The position numbers were made by a program, and so were the translations under genes. The notes under the pieces are model-generated. The model saw nothing but the letters and a program-made list of their open reading frames with translations, was not told the origin of the DNA and made no database searches. Shown here in pieces: positions 9,843-17,696 of a stretch of 64,000 nucleotides of DNA; within the stretch, counting starts at the first letter, position 1; each line of letters starts with the position of its first letter. This DNA comes from an uncultured Lachnospiraceae bacterium (lineage in GTDB: Bacteria; Bacillota; Clostridia; Lachnospirales; Lachnospiraceae): the NCBI GenBank assembly GCA_934402055.1, contig CAKRTC010000005.1, forward strand, positions 19,267-83,266. The letters are read 5' to 3'.

Positions 9843-11152
9843 TGAGCGATAACAAGCCTAAGACATTTGCAATACACACACTTGGCTGCAAGGTCAATAC
9901 ATATGAGTCTGATGCCATGGCTGAGAGCCTGAGGGCATCAGGCTTTGTTGAGTTAGGCTTTGAAGATGCAGCAGATGTGTATATAATCAATACCTGTACG
10001 GTGACAAATATAGCAGACCGTAAGTCACGTCAGATGTTAAGACGTGCCAGAAAGTTCAATCCGGATGCGCTTATAGTAGCTGCAGGCTGCTATGTGGATG
10101 ATGCCATCAAGAATGATAAGCTGGATGAACTTATCGGAGATCATGTTATTGATCTGGCTGTCTCAAACAAGGATAAACAGAGTATAGTTAAGCTTATAAC
10201 AGAAAAATTATCCGTTAATACTGATGATACACAGTATGATGATAAAAAAACTATGTTTCTTACTCAGCTTGACGGACATTCGAGAGCCTTTATCAAGGTT
10301 CAGGACGGATGCAATATGTATTGTTCGTATTGTATCATTCCGTATGTAAGAGGAGCACTTCGTTCAAGAAGTCCGGAGGACGTACATGAAGAGGTGAGCC
10401 GCCTTGCCGCAAACGGTGTTGCCGAGGTGGTGATAACCGGCATACATTTAAGCTCTATGAGAGATAAGCTCCTTGATATTATTGCCGCTGCAGAGTCTGT
10501 TTCAGGCATAAAGCGTATCAGACTGGGCTCATTGGAACCAATGCTTATTACAGAGGAGTTTGTGTCCAAGCTTAAGAATTTTAAGAAGCTTTGTCCGCAT
10601 TTCCATCTTTCGCTTCAGTCCGGAAACGACGAGATACTTAAGGCGATGAACAGGCACTACACCACGGAGCAGTATGCAAAAAGCTGTGAGATACTTGAAA
10701 AAGCTTACAAGCATCCCGCAATAACCACGGATATTATTGTTGGGTTTCCGGGTGAAACTAAGGAGCAGTTTGAGAGCAGCATGAGCTTTGCCGAGCGTAT
10801 CGGCTTCTATGAGGCACATGTATTTAAGTATTCGAGAAGAAGAGGAACACCGGCCGATACCATGGAAGGACAGCTCACAGAGGCTGAAAAGGGCGTAAGA
10901 AGCGACAAACTGATAGGGCTTACAAACAGACTCTCTGAGGAATTCAGGGAATATTATCTCGGAAAAGAACTGGAATTCTTGAGCGAGGAGCTTATAGAGA
11001 TAGACGGCATATCCTATGAGACAGGATATACGAGAGAGTATGTAAGATGTATCAAGGCTTCATCAGAGCTTCATCAAAATGAATTAGTATATGGTAAAGC
11101 TTCACAGATTATTCGGGAAAAAACTGTGGACGGAGCAATCCTGTTGGTATAA
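9833..11152 (+). CDS. mtaB: MiaB-like radical-SAM methylthiotransferase (tRNA t6A37 methylthiotransferase MtaB-like)
   Basis: 439 aa. It has the UPF0004 N-terminus (TLGCKVNTYESD), a radical-SAM CxxxCxxC box (CNMYCSYCIIP) and a C-terminal TRAM domain. It overlaps the thiI stop. Confidence 0.8.
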   Translation: MQLMSDNKPKTFAIHTLGCKVNTYESDAMAESLRASGFVELGFEDAADVYIINTCTVTNIADRKSRQMLRRARKFNPDALIVAAGCYVDDAIKNDKLDELIGDHVIDLAVSNKDKQSIVKLITEKLSVNTDDTQYDDKKTMFLTQLDGHSRAFIKVQDGCNMYCSYCIIPYVRGALRSRSPEDVHEEVSRLAANGVAEVVITGIHLSSMRDKLLDIIAAAESVSGIKRIRLGSLEPMLITEEFVSKLKNFKKLCPHFHLSLQSGNDEILKAMNRHYTTEQYAKSCEILEKAYKHPAITTDIIVGFPGETKEQFESSMSFAERIGFYEAHVFKYSRRRGTPADTMEGQLTEAEKGVRSDKLIGLTNRLSEEFREYYLGKELEFLSEELIEIDGISYETGYTREYVRCIKASSELHQNELVYGKASQIIREKTVDGAILLV

Positions 11153-11238
11153 TATGATATCAAGGGTAAAAGTTCGTAAACATGAAACCGCAGCCTGAAT
11201 AGCCATATTTTTCAAAACTTTTTGAGGATTACAGATAA

Positions 11239-11505
11239 ATGAACAACATTGAGAATACACAGATAATGGAGCATGTTAAGCCGGTAGATCAGCCGAATGC
11301 GGCAGAGGTACTGGAGCTTGTTTACGGTGCACTGGTAGAGAAGGGTTATGATCCTATCAATCAGATCGTAGGATATATCATGTCCGGAGATCCTACCTAC
11401 ATCACAAGCCATAACAATGCCCGCAGCCTTATCATGAAGGTTGAGCGAGATGAGCTTCTTGAAGAGCTTATGGCAGCTTATGTTGATTCAAGATTAAGAA
11501 AGTGA
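11239..11505 (+). CDS. UPF0297 / IreB-family small regulatory protein
   Basis: 88 aa. ...[37 protein letters not shown] matches the YrzL/IreB family. It sits at the conserved position upstream of ruvX. Confidence 0.75.
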   Translation: MNNIENTQIMEHVKPVDQPNAAEVLELVYGALVEKGYDPINQIVGYIMSGDPTYITSHNNARSLIMKVERDELLEELMAAYVDSRLRK

Positions 11506-11577
11506 TTTCCGCTTCGAAATACTTTTATTTATTGCGCCTTTTTATGCCGACGCAGTTTACAAATTTATATCTGTTAT

Positions 11578-11611
11578 CAGCCTAAGTCCGGAAAAAATAC
11601 GGGCTTAGGCT
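11578..11611 (+). other. Stem-loop between ireB-like gene and ruvX (12-bp stem with one G.U)
   Basis: AGCCTAAGTCCG-gaaaaaata-CGGGCTTAGGCT. No clear U-tract follows, so it may be an RNA processing or attenuation structure rather than a terminator. Confidence 0.3.
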
Positions 11612-11646
11612 TAGTATGTTATATAGACATTTAGGGAGGAAGACAT

Positions 11647-12096
11647 TTGAAGAGACTTATGGGGCTTGATTTCGGCTCCAAGACTACCGGGGTGGCATTG
11701 AGTGATCCGATGCATACCATAGCCTCACCTCTTGAAACCATAGTCAGAGAGAAGGAAGGCAAACTGAGACCGACCTACAGACGCATAGCAGAGCTGGTTA
11801 AAGAATATGAGGTTGGTCTTATAGTTATAGGACTTCCGTTAAATATGGATGATACCAAGGGAGAGCGAGCCTATAAAGCGGAAGCATTCAGGGATGAGCT
11901 TGCTCACAGACTTGAAGCCGAGCGTCTTGAGACCGGGATAGTAATGTGGGACGAGAGATTAAGTACTGTCGGTGCTGATGAGATACTGGCTGAAGCCGAA
12001 GTAGTATCCTCGGAGCGCAAGCAGTATATAGATAAGATAGCAGCAGCACTGATACTTGAAGATTATATGAATAACAGAAAGGAAGAGGAAAACTGA
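11647..12096 (+). CDS. ruvX: Holliday-junction resolvase-like / pre-16S rRNA nuclease YqgF
   Basis: 149 aa from a TTG start. MGLDFGSKTTGVALSD is the RuvX/YqgF signature. GGAGG lies upstream. Confidence 0.85.
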   Translation: MKRLMGLDFGSKTTGVALSDPMHTIASPLETIVREKEGKLRPTYRRIAELVKEYEVGLIVIGLPLNMDDTKGERAYKAEAFRDELAHRLEAERLETGIVMWDERLSTVGADEILAEAEVVSSERKQYIDKIAAALILEDYMNNRKEEEN

Positions 12097-12097
12097 A

Positions 12098-12367
12098 ATG
12101 GAAGACAATATTATCGTAATGACACTTGATGACGGAACAGAGATGGAGTTCACCATACTCGACAGCACTGTTTTTAACGGCAACAGCTATATCCTTGTTA
12201 CCGATGCTCCGGATGATGAAGACGGAGAGTGCCGCGTATTCAAGGAGGTATCGGATCCGGATGCAGATGAGGCAATATACGAGGATATCATGGACGAGGA
12301 TGAGGAAAATGCGGTATTTGATATCTTTGAGAAGCAGATGTCCGGAGAGATAGAAATAGATAGATGA
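12098..12367 (+). CDS. DUF1292 (YrzB-like) small acidic protein
   Basis: 89 aa. ...MTLDDGTEMEFTILDSTVFNGNSYILV with an acidic tail. It has conserved synteny with ruvX. Confidence 0.75.
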   Translation: MEDNIIVMTLDDGTEMEFTILDSTVFNGNSYILVTDAPDDEDGECRVFKEVSDPDADEAIYEDIMDEDEENAVFDIFEKQMSGEIEIDR

Positions 12368-14367
12368 TGACAGAGAACAACAATATTAAAGATAATGAAA
12401 ATAATGCCGTAAAGCCGGAGACAAAAACTACCGGAAGGAGAAAGCCGGGAGCAAAGCGCGGCACAAAGCCCGCATCGGCAGGAGAAAACGGCAAGACTGC
12501 CAAGCAGGCAGCAAAAAAGAATACTCAGAGCAAGAAAAACTCAGTAAAGTCCTCTTCGCCAAAGACTGCAAAGACTAAGGAAACGTCCAAGACCGGAGAA
12601 GCATCCAAGACTAAAGAAACATCCAAAACCAAAGGAACAGCAAAGTCAGGAACACGCACAAGGCAGAAGCAGAGTGGATTTGATATAGTGAGATCTGTGC
12701 TTGCACCTAAGACACGCCGCAGCAATAAAAAGATACGCATCATTCCGCTCGGAGGACTTGAGCAGATAGGAATGAATATCACAGTCATAGAGACCGATAA
12801 CAGCATGGTCATAGTTGACTGCGGAATGGCATTTCCGGATGAGGAGATGCTCGGCATAGATCTTGTTATTCCGGATATTACCTATCTCAGGGATAATGCT
12901 GATAAGATAGAGGGATTTTTCATCACTCACGGACATGAGGATCATATAGGAGCGCTCCCTTATGTATTAAGAAATCTTAATGTTCCTGTATATGCGACCA
13001 GACTTACACGCGCACTTATAGAGAATAAGCTCAGAGAGCACGGACTCATAGAGAGCGCCAAGCTTAATACCGTGCAGTATGGTGATGTGGTCAAGGCAGG
13101 GGATTTTGCCGTAGAGTTTATCAAGACCAATCACTCTATTCAGGATGCGGCCGCACTTGCAATACATTCACCTGCGGGAGTGGTGCTGCATACCGGAGAT
13201 TTTAAGGTTGATTATACACCTGTATTCGGAGATACCATTGATCTGCAGAGATTTGCCGAGCTGGGAAAACAGGGTGTGCTTGCACTTTTGTGTGATTCTA
13301 CAAATGCCACAAGACAGGGCTTCACCATGTCTGAGAAGACGGTAGGTCATACCTTTGAGGGAATATTCGGAGAAAACAAAGACAAGAGGATAATAGTCGC
13401 TACCTTTGCATCAAATGTTGACAGAGTTCAGCAGATCATAAGCGTTGCAGAGGAATATGACAGAAAAGTAGTCATAGACGGCCGTTCAATGATAAATGTA
13501 ATCAGTACGGCTTCCGAGCTTGGATATATCAAGATGAAGGATAATACTCTTATCGATATTTCCGAGATCAAAAACTATCCGGATGATAAGATAGTACTTA
13601 TAGTTACGGGCAGTCAGGGAGAGCCGATGGCGGCACTTTCACGTATGGCTACAGGACAGCACCGCAAGGTTCAGCTGTCCGAACATGATCTCATAGTATT
13701 GAGCTCAACGCCTATACCGGGTAATGAAAAGGCGGTATCCAAGGTCATCAATGAGCTTTCAAGAAAGGGTACCAAGGTAATATATCAGGATACCCACGTA
13801 TCTGGACATGCGTGTGCTGAGGAGCTTAAGCTTATATATACGCTTGTACATCCTAAGTTCTCTATTCCGGTGCACGGTGAGCTAAGACACAGACTTGCAC
13901 AGAAGGAAGTGGCAATAGCAATAGGCATGCCTAAGGAAAACTGTCATCTTGTAGATACCGGTGATGTTGTAGAACTTACACAGGATAGCTGCAAGGTGGT
14001 AGATAAGGTTCAGGCAGGCCCGATACTGGTTGACGGTCTCGGTATCGGAGACGTCGGTAATGCGGTCCTCAAAGATAGACAAAGCATGTCGCAGAATGGT
14101 ATCATAGTTGCGGCGGTATCGGTTGAAAAGGCTACGGGAGAATTCGTAGCAGGTCCGGAGATACTTACCAGAGGACTTGTTTATGTCAAGGAAAATGAAG
14201 ACATAATCGATGAAGCAAGAGATGTCGTACTGAGAGTTATGGACGATTGCCGCGGCATGAGAGATCTTAACAGGGTCAAGAATACCATCCGTAACGAGCT
14301 CAGCGATTATGTATGGCGCAGGATACAGCGGACACCTATGATCCTCGCAGTCATTACAGAGGTTTGA
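12364..14367 (+). CDS. rnj: Ribonuclease J (metallo-beta-lactamase / beta-CASP) with a ~120-aa Lys/Thr/Ser-rich N-terminal extension
   Basis: 667 aa. The RNase J core begins at KIRIIPLGGLEQIGMN and carries HGHEDH. The N-terminal 120 aa are low-complexity basic sequence with (K)TKETSKT repeats. The ATG overlaps the DUF1292 stop (ATGA). Confidence 0.9.
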   Translation: MMTENNNIKDNENNAVKPETKTTGRRKPGAKRGTKPASAGENGKTAKQAAKKNTQSKKNSVKSSSPKTAKTKETSKTGEASKTKETSKTKGTAKSGTRTRQKQSGFDIVRSVLAPKTRRSNKKIRIIPLGGLEQIGMNITVIETDNSMVIVDCGMAFPDEEMLGIDLVIPDITYLRDNADKIEGFFITHGHEDHIGALPYVLRNLNVPVYATRLTRALIENKLREHGLIESAKLNTVQYGDVVKAGDFAVEFIKTNHSIQDAAALAIHSPAGVVLHTGDFKVDYTPVFGDTIDLQRFAELGKQGVLALLCDSTNATRQGFTMSEKTVGHTFEGIFGENKDKRIIVATFASNVDRVQQIISVAEEYDRKVVIDGRSMINVISTASELGYIKMKDNTLIDISEIKNYPDDKIVLIVTGSQGEPMAALSRMATGQHRKVQLSEHDLIVLSSTPIPGNEKAVSKVINELSRKGTKVIYQDTHVSGHACAEELKLIYTLVHPKFSIPVHGELRHRLAQKEVAIAIGMPKENCHLVDTGDVVELTQDSCKVVDKVQAGPILVDGLGIGDVGNAVLKDRQSMSQNGIIVAAVSVEKATGEFVAGPEILTRGLVYVKENEDIIDEARDVVLRVMDDCRGMRDLNRVKNTIRNELSDYVWRRIQRTPMILAVITEV

Positions 14368-14371
14368 TAAT

Positions 14372-14887
14372 ATGCAGTATGATGAAACCGATAACAATAT
14401 TTCAGGCATTGTAAGCGGAGTGGCAGTAAGAATAATCGTCATTACTCTGCTTGTATTTGTTTGCTATGCTGTTGCACATGAGTGCTTCAAATTCGGATTC
14501 ACCATGTTCTGTGCCGAATCCGTAGAGAAGGCTCCGGGTACGGATGTGGATATAACAGTCGATAAGGGCGAGACCATAGACGAACTTGCGGAGAGGCTGA
14601 GCGATGACAAGGTGATACCGAGTGAGTATGCATTCAGACTTCAGGCAAGACTTTATGAACTCAAGCTTTATCCGGGTACCTATAAGCTTAATACTTCGAT
14701 GTCAACGGGAGAGGCGGTCAAAGCCTTCAGTATGACGGAACAGGAGTATAATGATGCCAAAGCAGTGGAGAGTTCCACAGAGGAAGACGATCAGGGCTTC
14801 ATAGGCGGAGGCGATGAGGGAGCCGATGACTCACAGACAGCCGATGAAACCGGAATGACAGCGGATCCGTCGGCGCCGGATAATTAA
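14372..14887 (+). CDS. Membrane-anchored protein resembling only the N-terminal (LysM-like) lobe of MltG/YceG, with an acidic C-terminal tail
   Basis: 171 aa with one TM helix. GETIDELAERLSDDKVIPSEYAFRLQARLYELKLYPGTYKLNTSMSTGEAV resembles the MltG N-terminal lobe. It occupies the syntenic position of mltG (yrrL), but no catalytic YceG domain follows before the next gene at 14911. Confidence 0.5.
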   Translation: MQYDETDNNISGIVSGVAVRIIVITLLVFVCYAVAHECFKFGFTMFCAESVEKAPGTDVDITVDKGETIDELAERLSDDKVIPSEYAFRLQARLYELKLYPGTYKLNTSMSTGEAVKAFSMTEQEYNDAKAVESSTEEDDQGFIGGGDEGADDSQTADETGMTADPSAPDN

Positions 14888-14910
14888 AGATATGGAAACG
14901 GTACCGTATA

Positions 14911-15564
14911 ATGATCAACACGGATGCTTACAGAATATCGGAGTATCTGCATTCTCTTGAAGGGGATGCAGATACCTTCCTTGCAGAATTGAGATCCTAT
15001 GCAGCCGAACATGAAGTTCCGATAATACGTATAGAGACCGAGAGCTTTATAAGGACGCTGCTTAAGCTTATAAGACCAAGGAATATACTGGAGATAGGGG
15101 CTGCTATAGGCTACAGCTCGGTCGTTATGGCTAAGGCAAGTGAAGCCGATATACTGACTATAGAAAATTATGATAAACGTATTCCGATCGCGGAGTCAAA
15201 TATAGCAAGATCGGGATATTCAGATCGTATCAGACTTGTTGCAGATGATGCAGGCAAGGTGCTTAAGACACTTAAGACCGAAGGAAGAGCCTTTGATATG
15301 ATCTTTCTGGATGCTGCCAAGGGACAGTATCCTGTATGGCTGCCGGATATAAAGGCACTTATGCATGAGGGCTCGGTGCTTCTTGCGGATAATGTATTGC
15401 AGGAGGGTACTGTAACCGAGTCAAGATTTACTATATCGAGGAGAGAACGTACAACTCATGAGCGCATGAGAGATTTTCTCTATACTATAAAGCATGATGA
15501 ACAGCTTGAGAGTTCGGTATTAAATATCGGGGACGGAGTATCGCTCAGTGTAAGACTGCAGTGA
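14911..15564 (+). CDS. trmR: Class I SAM-dependent O-methyltransferase (family 3; YrrM/TrmR-like tRNA ho5U methyltransferase)
   Basis: 217 aa with LEIGAAIGYSS and DMIFLDAAKGQY motifs. It has conserved synteny with the following U32 peptidase gene. Confidence 0.7.
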   Translation: MINTDAYRISEYLHSLEGDADTFLAELRSYAAEHEVPIIRIETESFIRTLLKLIRPRNILEIGAAIGYSSVVMAKASEADILTIENYDKRIPIAESNIARSGYSDRIRLVADDAGKVLKTLKTEGRAFDMIFLDAAKGQYPVWLPDIKALMHEGSVLLADNVLQEGTVTESRFTISRRERTTHERMRDFLYTIKHDEQLESSVLNIGDGVSLSVRLQ

Positions 15565-15605
15565 TACTATTATTGTTTAATAAAGGAAGAACTGACAGAG
15601 TATAT

Positions 15606-16838
15606 ATGAAGAAACCGGAGTTACTTATCCCGGCAGGGAATCTGGATACACTGAAAACAGCCGTTATCTACGGAGCCGATGCGGTATATATAGGCGGAGA
15701 ATCGTTTTCGCTCAGAGCGAAGGCAGATAATTTTGACCGCAACTCAATGACGGAAGCAATAGCCTTTGCACACGAACACGGTGTAAAGGTATATGTGACC
15801 GTCAATATTTTCGCACATAATTATGATCTTGAGGCTGCTAAAGGATACTTTACGGAGCTTAAGGAAATAAAGCCGGATGCACTTATAATATCGGATCCGG
15901 GACTTTTTGCGATGGCAAGGCGCATAGTGCCGGAGATAGATATACATATATCTACTCAGATGAGCACAAGCAACTATGAGTCGTTTCTGTTCTGGCAGCA
16001 GCTTGGAGCGAAAAGAGTGGTAAATGCCAGAGAGCTCTCACTGAAGGAACTTAAGGAAATAAGAGCAAAGATCGACCCTGAGCTTGAGATCGAGTCCTTT
16101 GTTCACGGTGCCATGTGCATATCATATTCGGGACGCTGTCTGCTCTCGGGCTTTATGACAGGAAGATCTGCCAATCAGGGTGCCTGCACACATCCGTGCA
16201 GGTGGAATTATGCCGTAATGGAGGAAAAGCGCCCGGGAGAGTATTTCCCTGTTGAAGAGACAGAGAGAGGAACCTTTATCTTCAATTCCAAGGATCTGTG
16301 TATGATAGACCATATACCGGAACTGATAGATGCAGGCATAGACAGCTTTAAGGTCGAGGGACGTATGAAGACCGCACTTTATGTTGCGGTTACCGCAAGG
16401 GTATACAGAAGAGCTATAGACGATTATCTCAAGGATCCCAAGCTCTACAAGGCATCGCTTGATTTCTACAGAGAAGAGATTGCAAAGTGCACCTATAGAG
16501 AGTTTACAACCGGCTTCTATTTCGGAAAGCCGGACAGCAGTGCACAGATATATGATAATAATACCTATGTAAGAAATTACATCTATCTCGGAACGACCGA
16601 GGAGGTGCTGCCTGACGGAGGCATTATTATAGAACAGAAGAACAAGTTTTCTGTCGGTGATGAGATCGAGATACTTAAGCCGAATTGCGAGAGCGAGAAG
16701 GTTAAGGTTCTGGGCATAAATGATGCTCTTACCGGAGAAGCTCAGGAGAGCTGTCCTCATTCAAAGCAGAAACTTATCATACATTTAAGCAAGACGCCCG
16801 AGGTATATGAGCTGCTTGCGGTCAAGGCTAAGGAGTAA
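15606..16838 (+). CDS. Peptidase U32 family protein (YrrO/TrhP-like, tRNA ho5U biosynthesis)
   Basis: The six-frame ORF is 15561..16838. I place the start at MKKPELLIPAGNLDTLK, the typical U32 N-terminus. It carries the conserved Cys-rich segment CTHPCRWNY. Confidence 0.8.
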   Translation: MKKPELLIPAGNLDTLKTAVIYGADAVYIGGESFSLRAKADNFDRNSMTEAIAFAHEHGVKVYVTVNIFAHNYDLEAAKGYFTELKEIKPDALIISDPGLFAMARRIVPEIDIHISTQMSTSNYESFLFWQQLGAKRVVNARELSLKELKEIRAKIDPELEIESFVHGAMCISYSGRCLLSGFMTGRSANQGACTHPCRWNYAVMEEKRPGEYFPVEETERGTFIFNSKDLCMIDHIPELIDAGIDSFKVEGRMKTALYVAVTARVYRRAIDDYLKDPKLYKASLDFYREEIAKCTYREFTTGFYFGKPDSSAQIYDNNTYVRNYIYLGTTEEVLPDGGIIIEQKNKFSVGDEIEILKPNCESEKVKVLGINDALTGEAQESCPHSKQKLIIHLSKTPEVYELLAVKAKE

Positions 16839-17696
16839 ATGAAAGCAAAGCTTTTATCATTAATATTCTTCCTTTGTGCGGGACTGTGCATAGTCTATTT
16901 CGGAATGATAGTAGGTTACAGCGGGTTCGGCACTTCCTTGTCGTACATCTGGCCTGTTTTTGCATGCATATTTGCCGCTATGGGCGTTATGGTGAGGAAG
17001 CTTCGCAGGGAAAGGGAAGAGATGCCGAGCTTTATGCCGGTCTTTATCTTTACGAGTTTCGGACTCATGCTTGCTATCTTTGCGGTAATAATGGATCTGG
17101 TCGTTGTTTCATCCAAGAGTGACAAGGAACAGAGGGTGGATTACTGCATAGTGATGGGAGCAAGAGTTTACTCCGACGGCATTTCAAAGACCTTGAAATA
17201 CAGGCTGGATAATGCAGAGCATCTGTATTTCAGGCATCCTAATATGGTACTGGTGCTTAGCGGAGGACAGGAACCGGGAGATCCTATACCGGAGGCTTTC
17301 GCAATGTATAACTACTTAAGTCTCAGAGGAATACCGAGCGATAATATGCTTATTGAGGCTATGGGAGATTCGACCTGCAGCATCATACAAAATGCTTCAA
17401 GGACTATAGCGGCGGATTTTGAAAAACGGCGTCTGCCGAAAGGACCGGGAGACAGAACATATCCTCCGGATTATGTTCCGACTGTCGGAATAATCACAAG
17501 TGATTATCATATGTTCCGTTCTGTAACGCTTGCAAAGGAAAACGGCATATCGAATCCGGTATCTATATCGGCAAAATCCGATGATGTGCTGTTTATACAT
17601 AATTGCGTGCGTGAGAGCGTAGCTATATTAAAAGATTTTTTTATGGGGAATGTTACAGTAAATGATGAACACATGCCAATCATACCGTTTAATTGA
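16839..17696 (+). CDS. DUF218 (YdcF/ElyC-like) membrane protein
   Basis: 285 aa with three N-terminal TM helices, then the DUF218 core (YCIVMGARVYSDG...LVLSGGQ). Confidence 0.7.
   Translation: MKAKLLSLIFFLCAGLCIVYFGMIVGYSGFGTSLSYIWPVFACIFAAMGVMVRKLRREREEMPSFMPVFIFTSFGLMLAIFAVIMDLVVVSSKSDKEQRVDYCIVMGARVYSDGISKTLKYRLDNAEHLYFRHPNMVLVLSGGQEPGDPIPEAFAMYNYLSLRGIPSDNMLIEAMGDSTCSIIQNASRTIAADFEKRRLPKGPGDRTYPPDYVPTVGIITSDYHMFRSVTLAKENGISNPVSISAKSDDVLFIHNCVRESVAILKDFFMGNVTVNDEHMPIIPFN

Noticed and set aside
12126-12353. 75-aa alternative-frame ORF overlapping the DUF1292 gene on the same strand
   Set aside because: It is an out-of-frame overlap with a conserved small gene, and its Arg/Met-rich composition mirrors the acidic codons of the real frame.
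15561-15605. GTG-initiated 15-codon N-terminal extension of the U32 peptidase ORF overlapping the trmR stop
   Set aside because: U32 family proteins characteristically begin at MKKPELL..., and an ATG with that sequence is present at 15606. The extension was therefore not adopted, although translational coupling via the GTG cannot be excluded.
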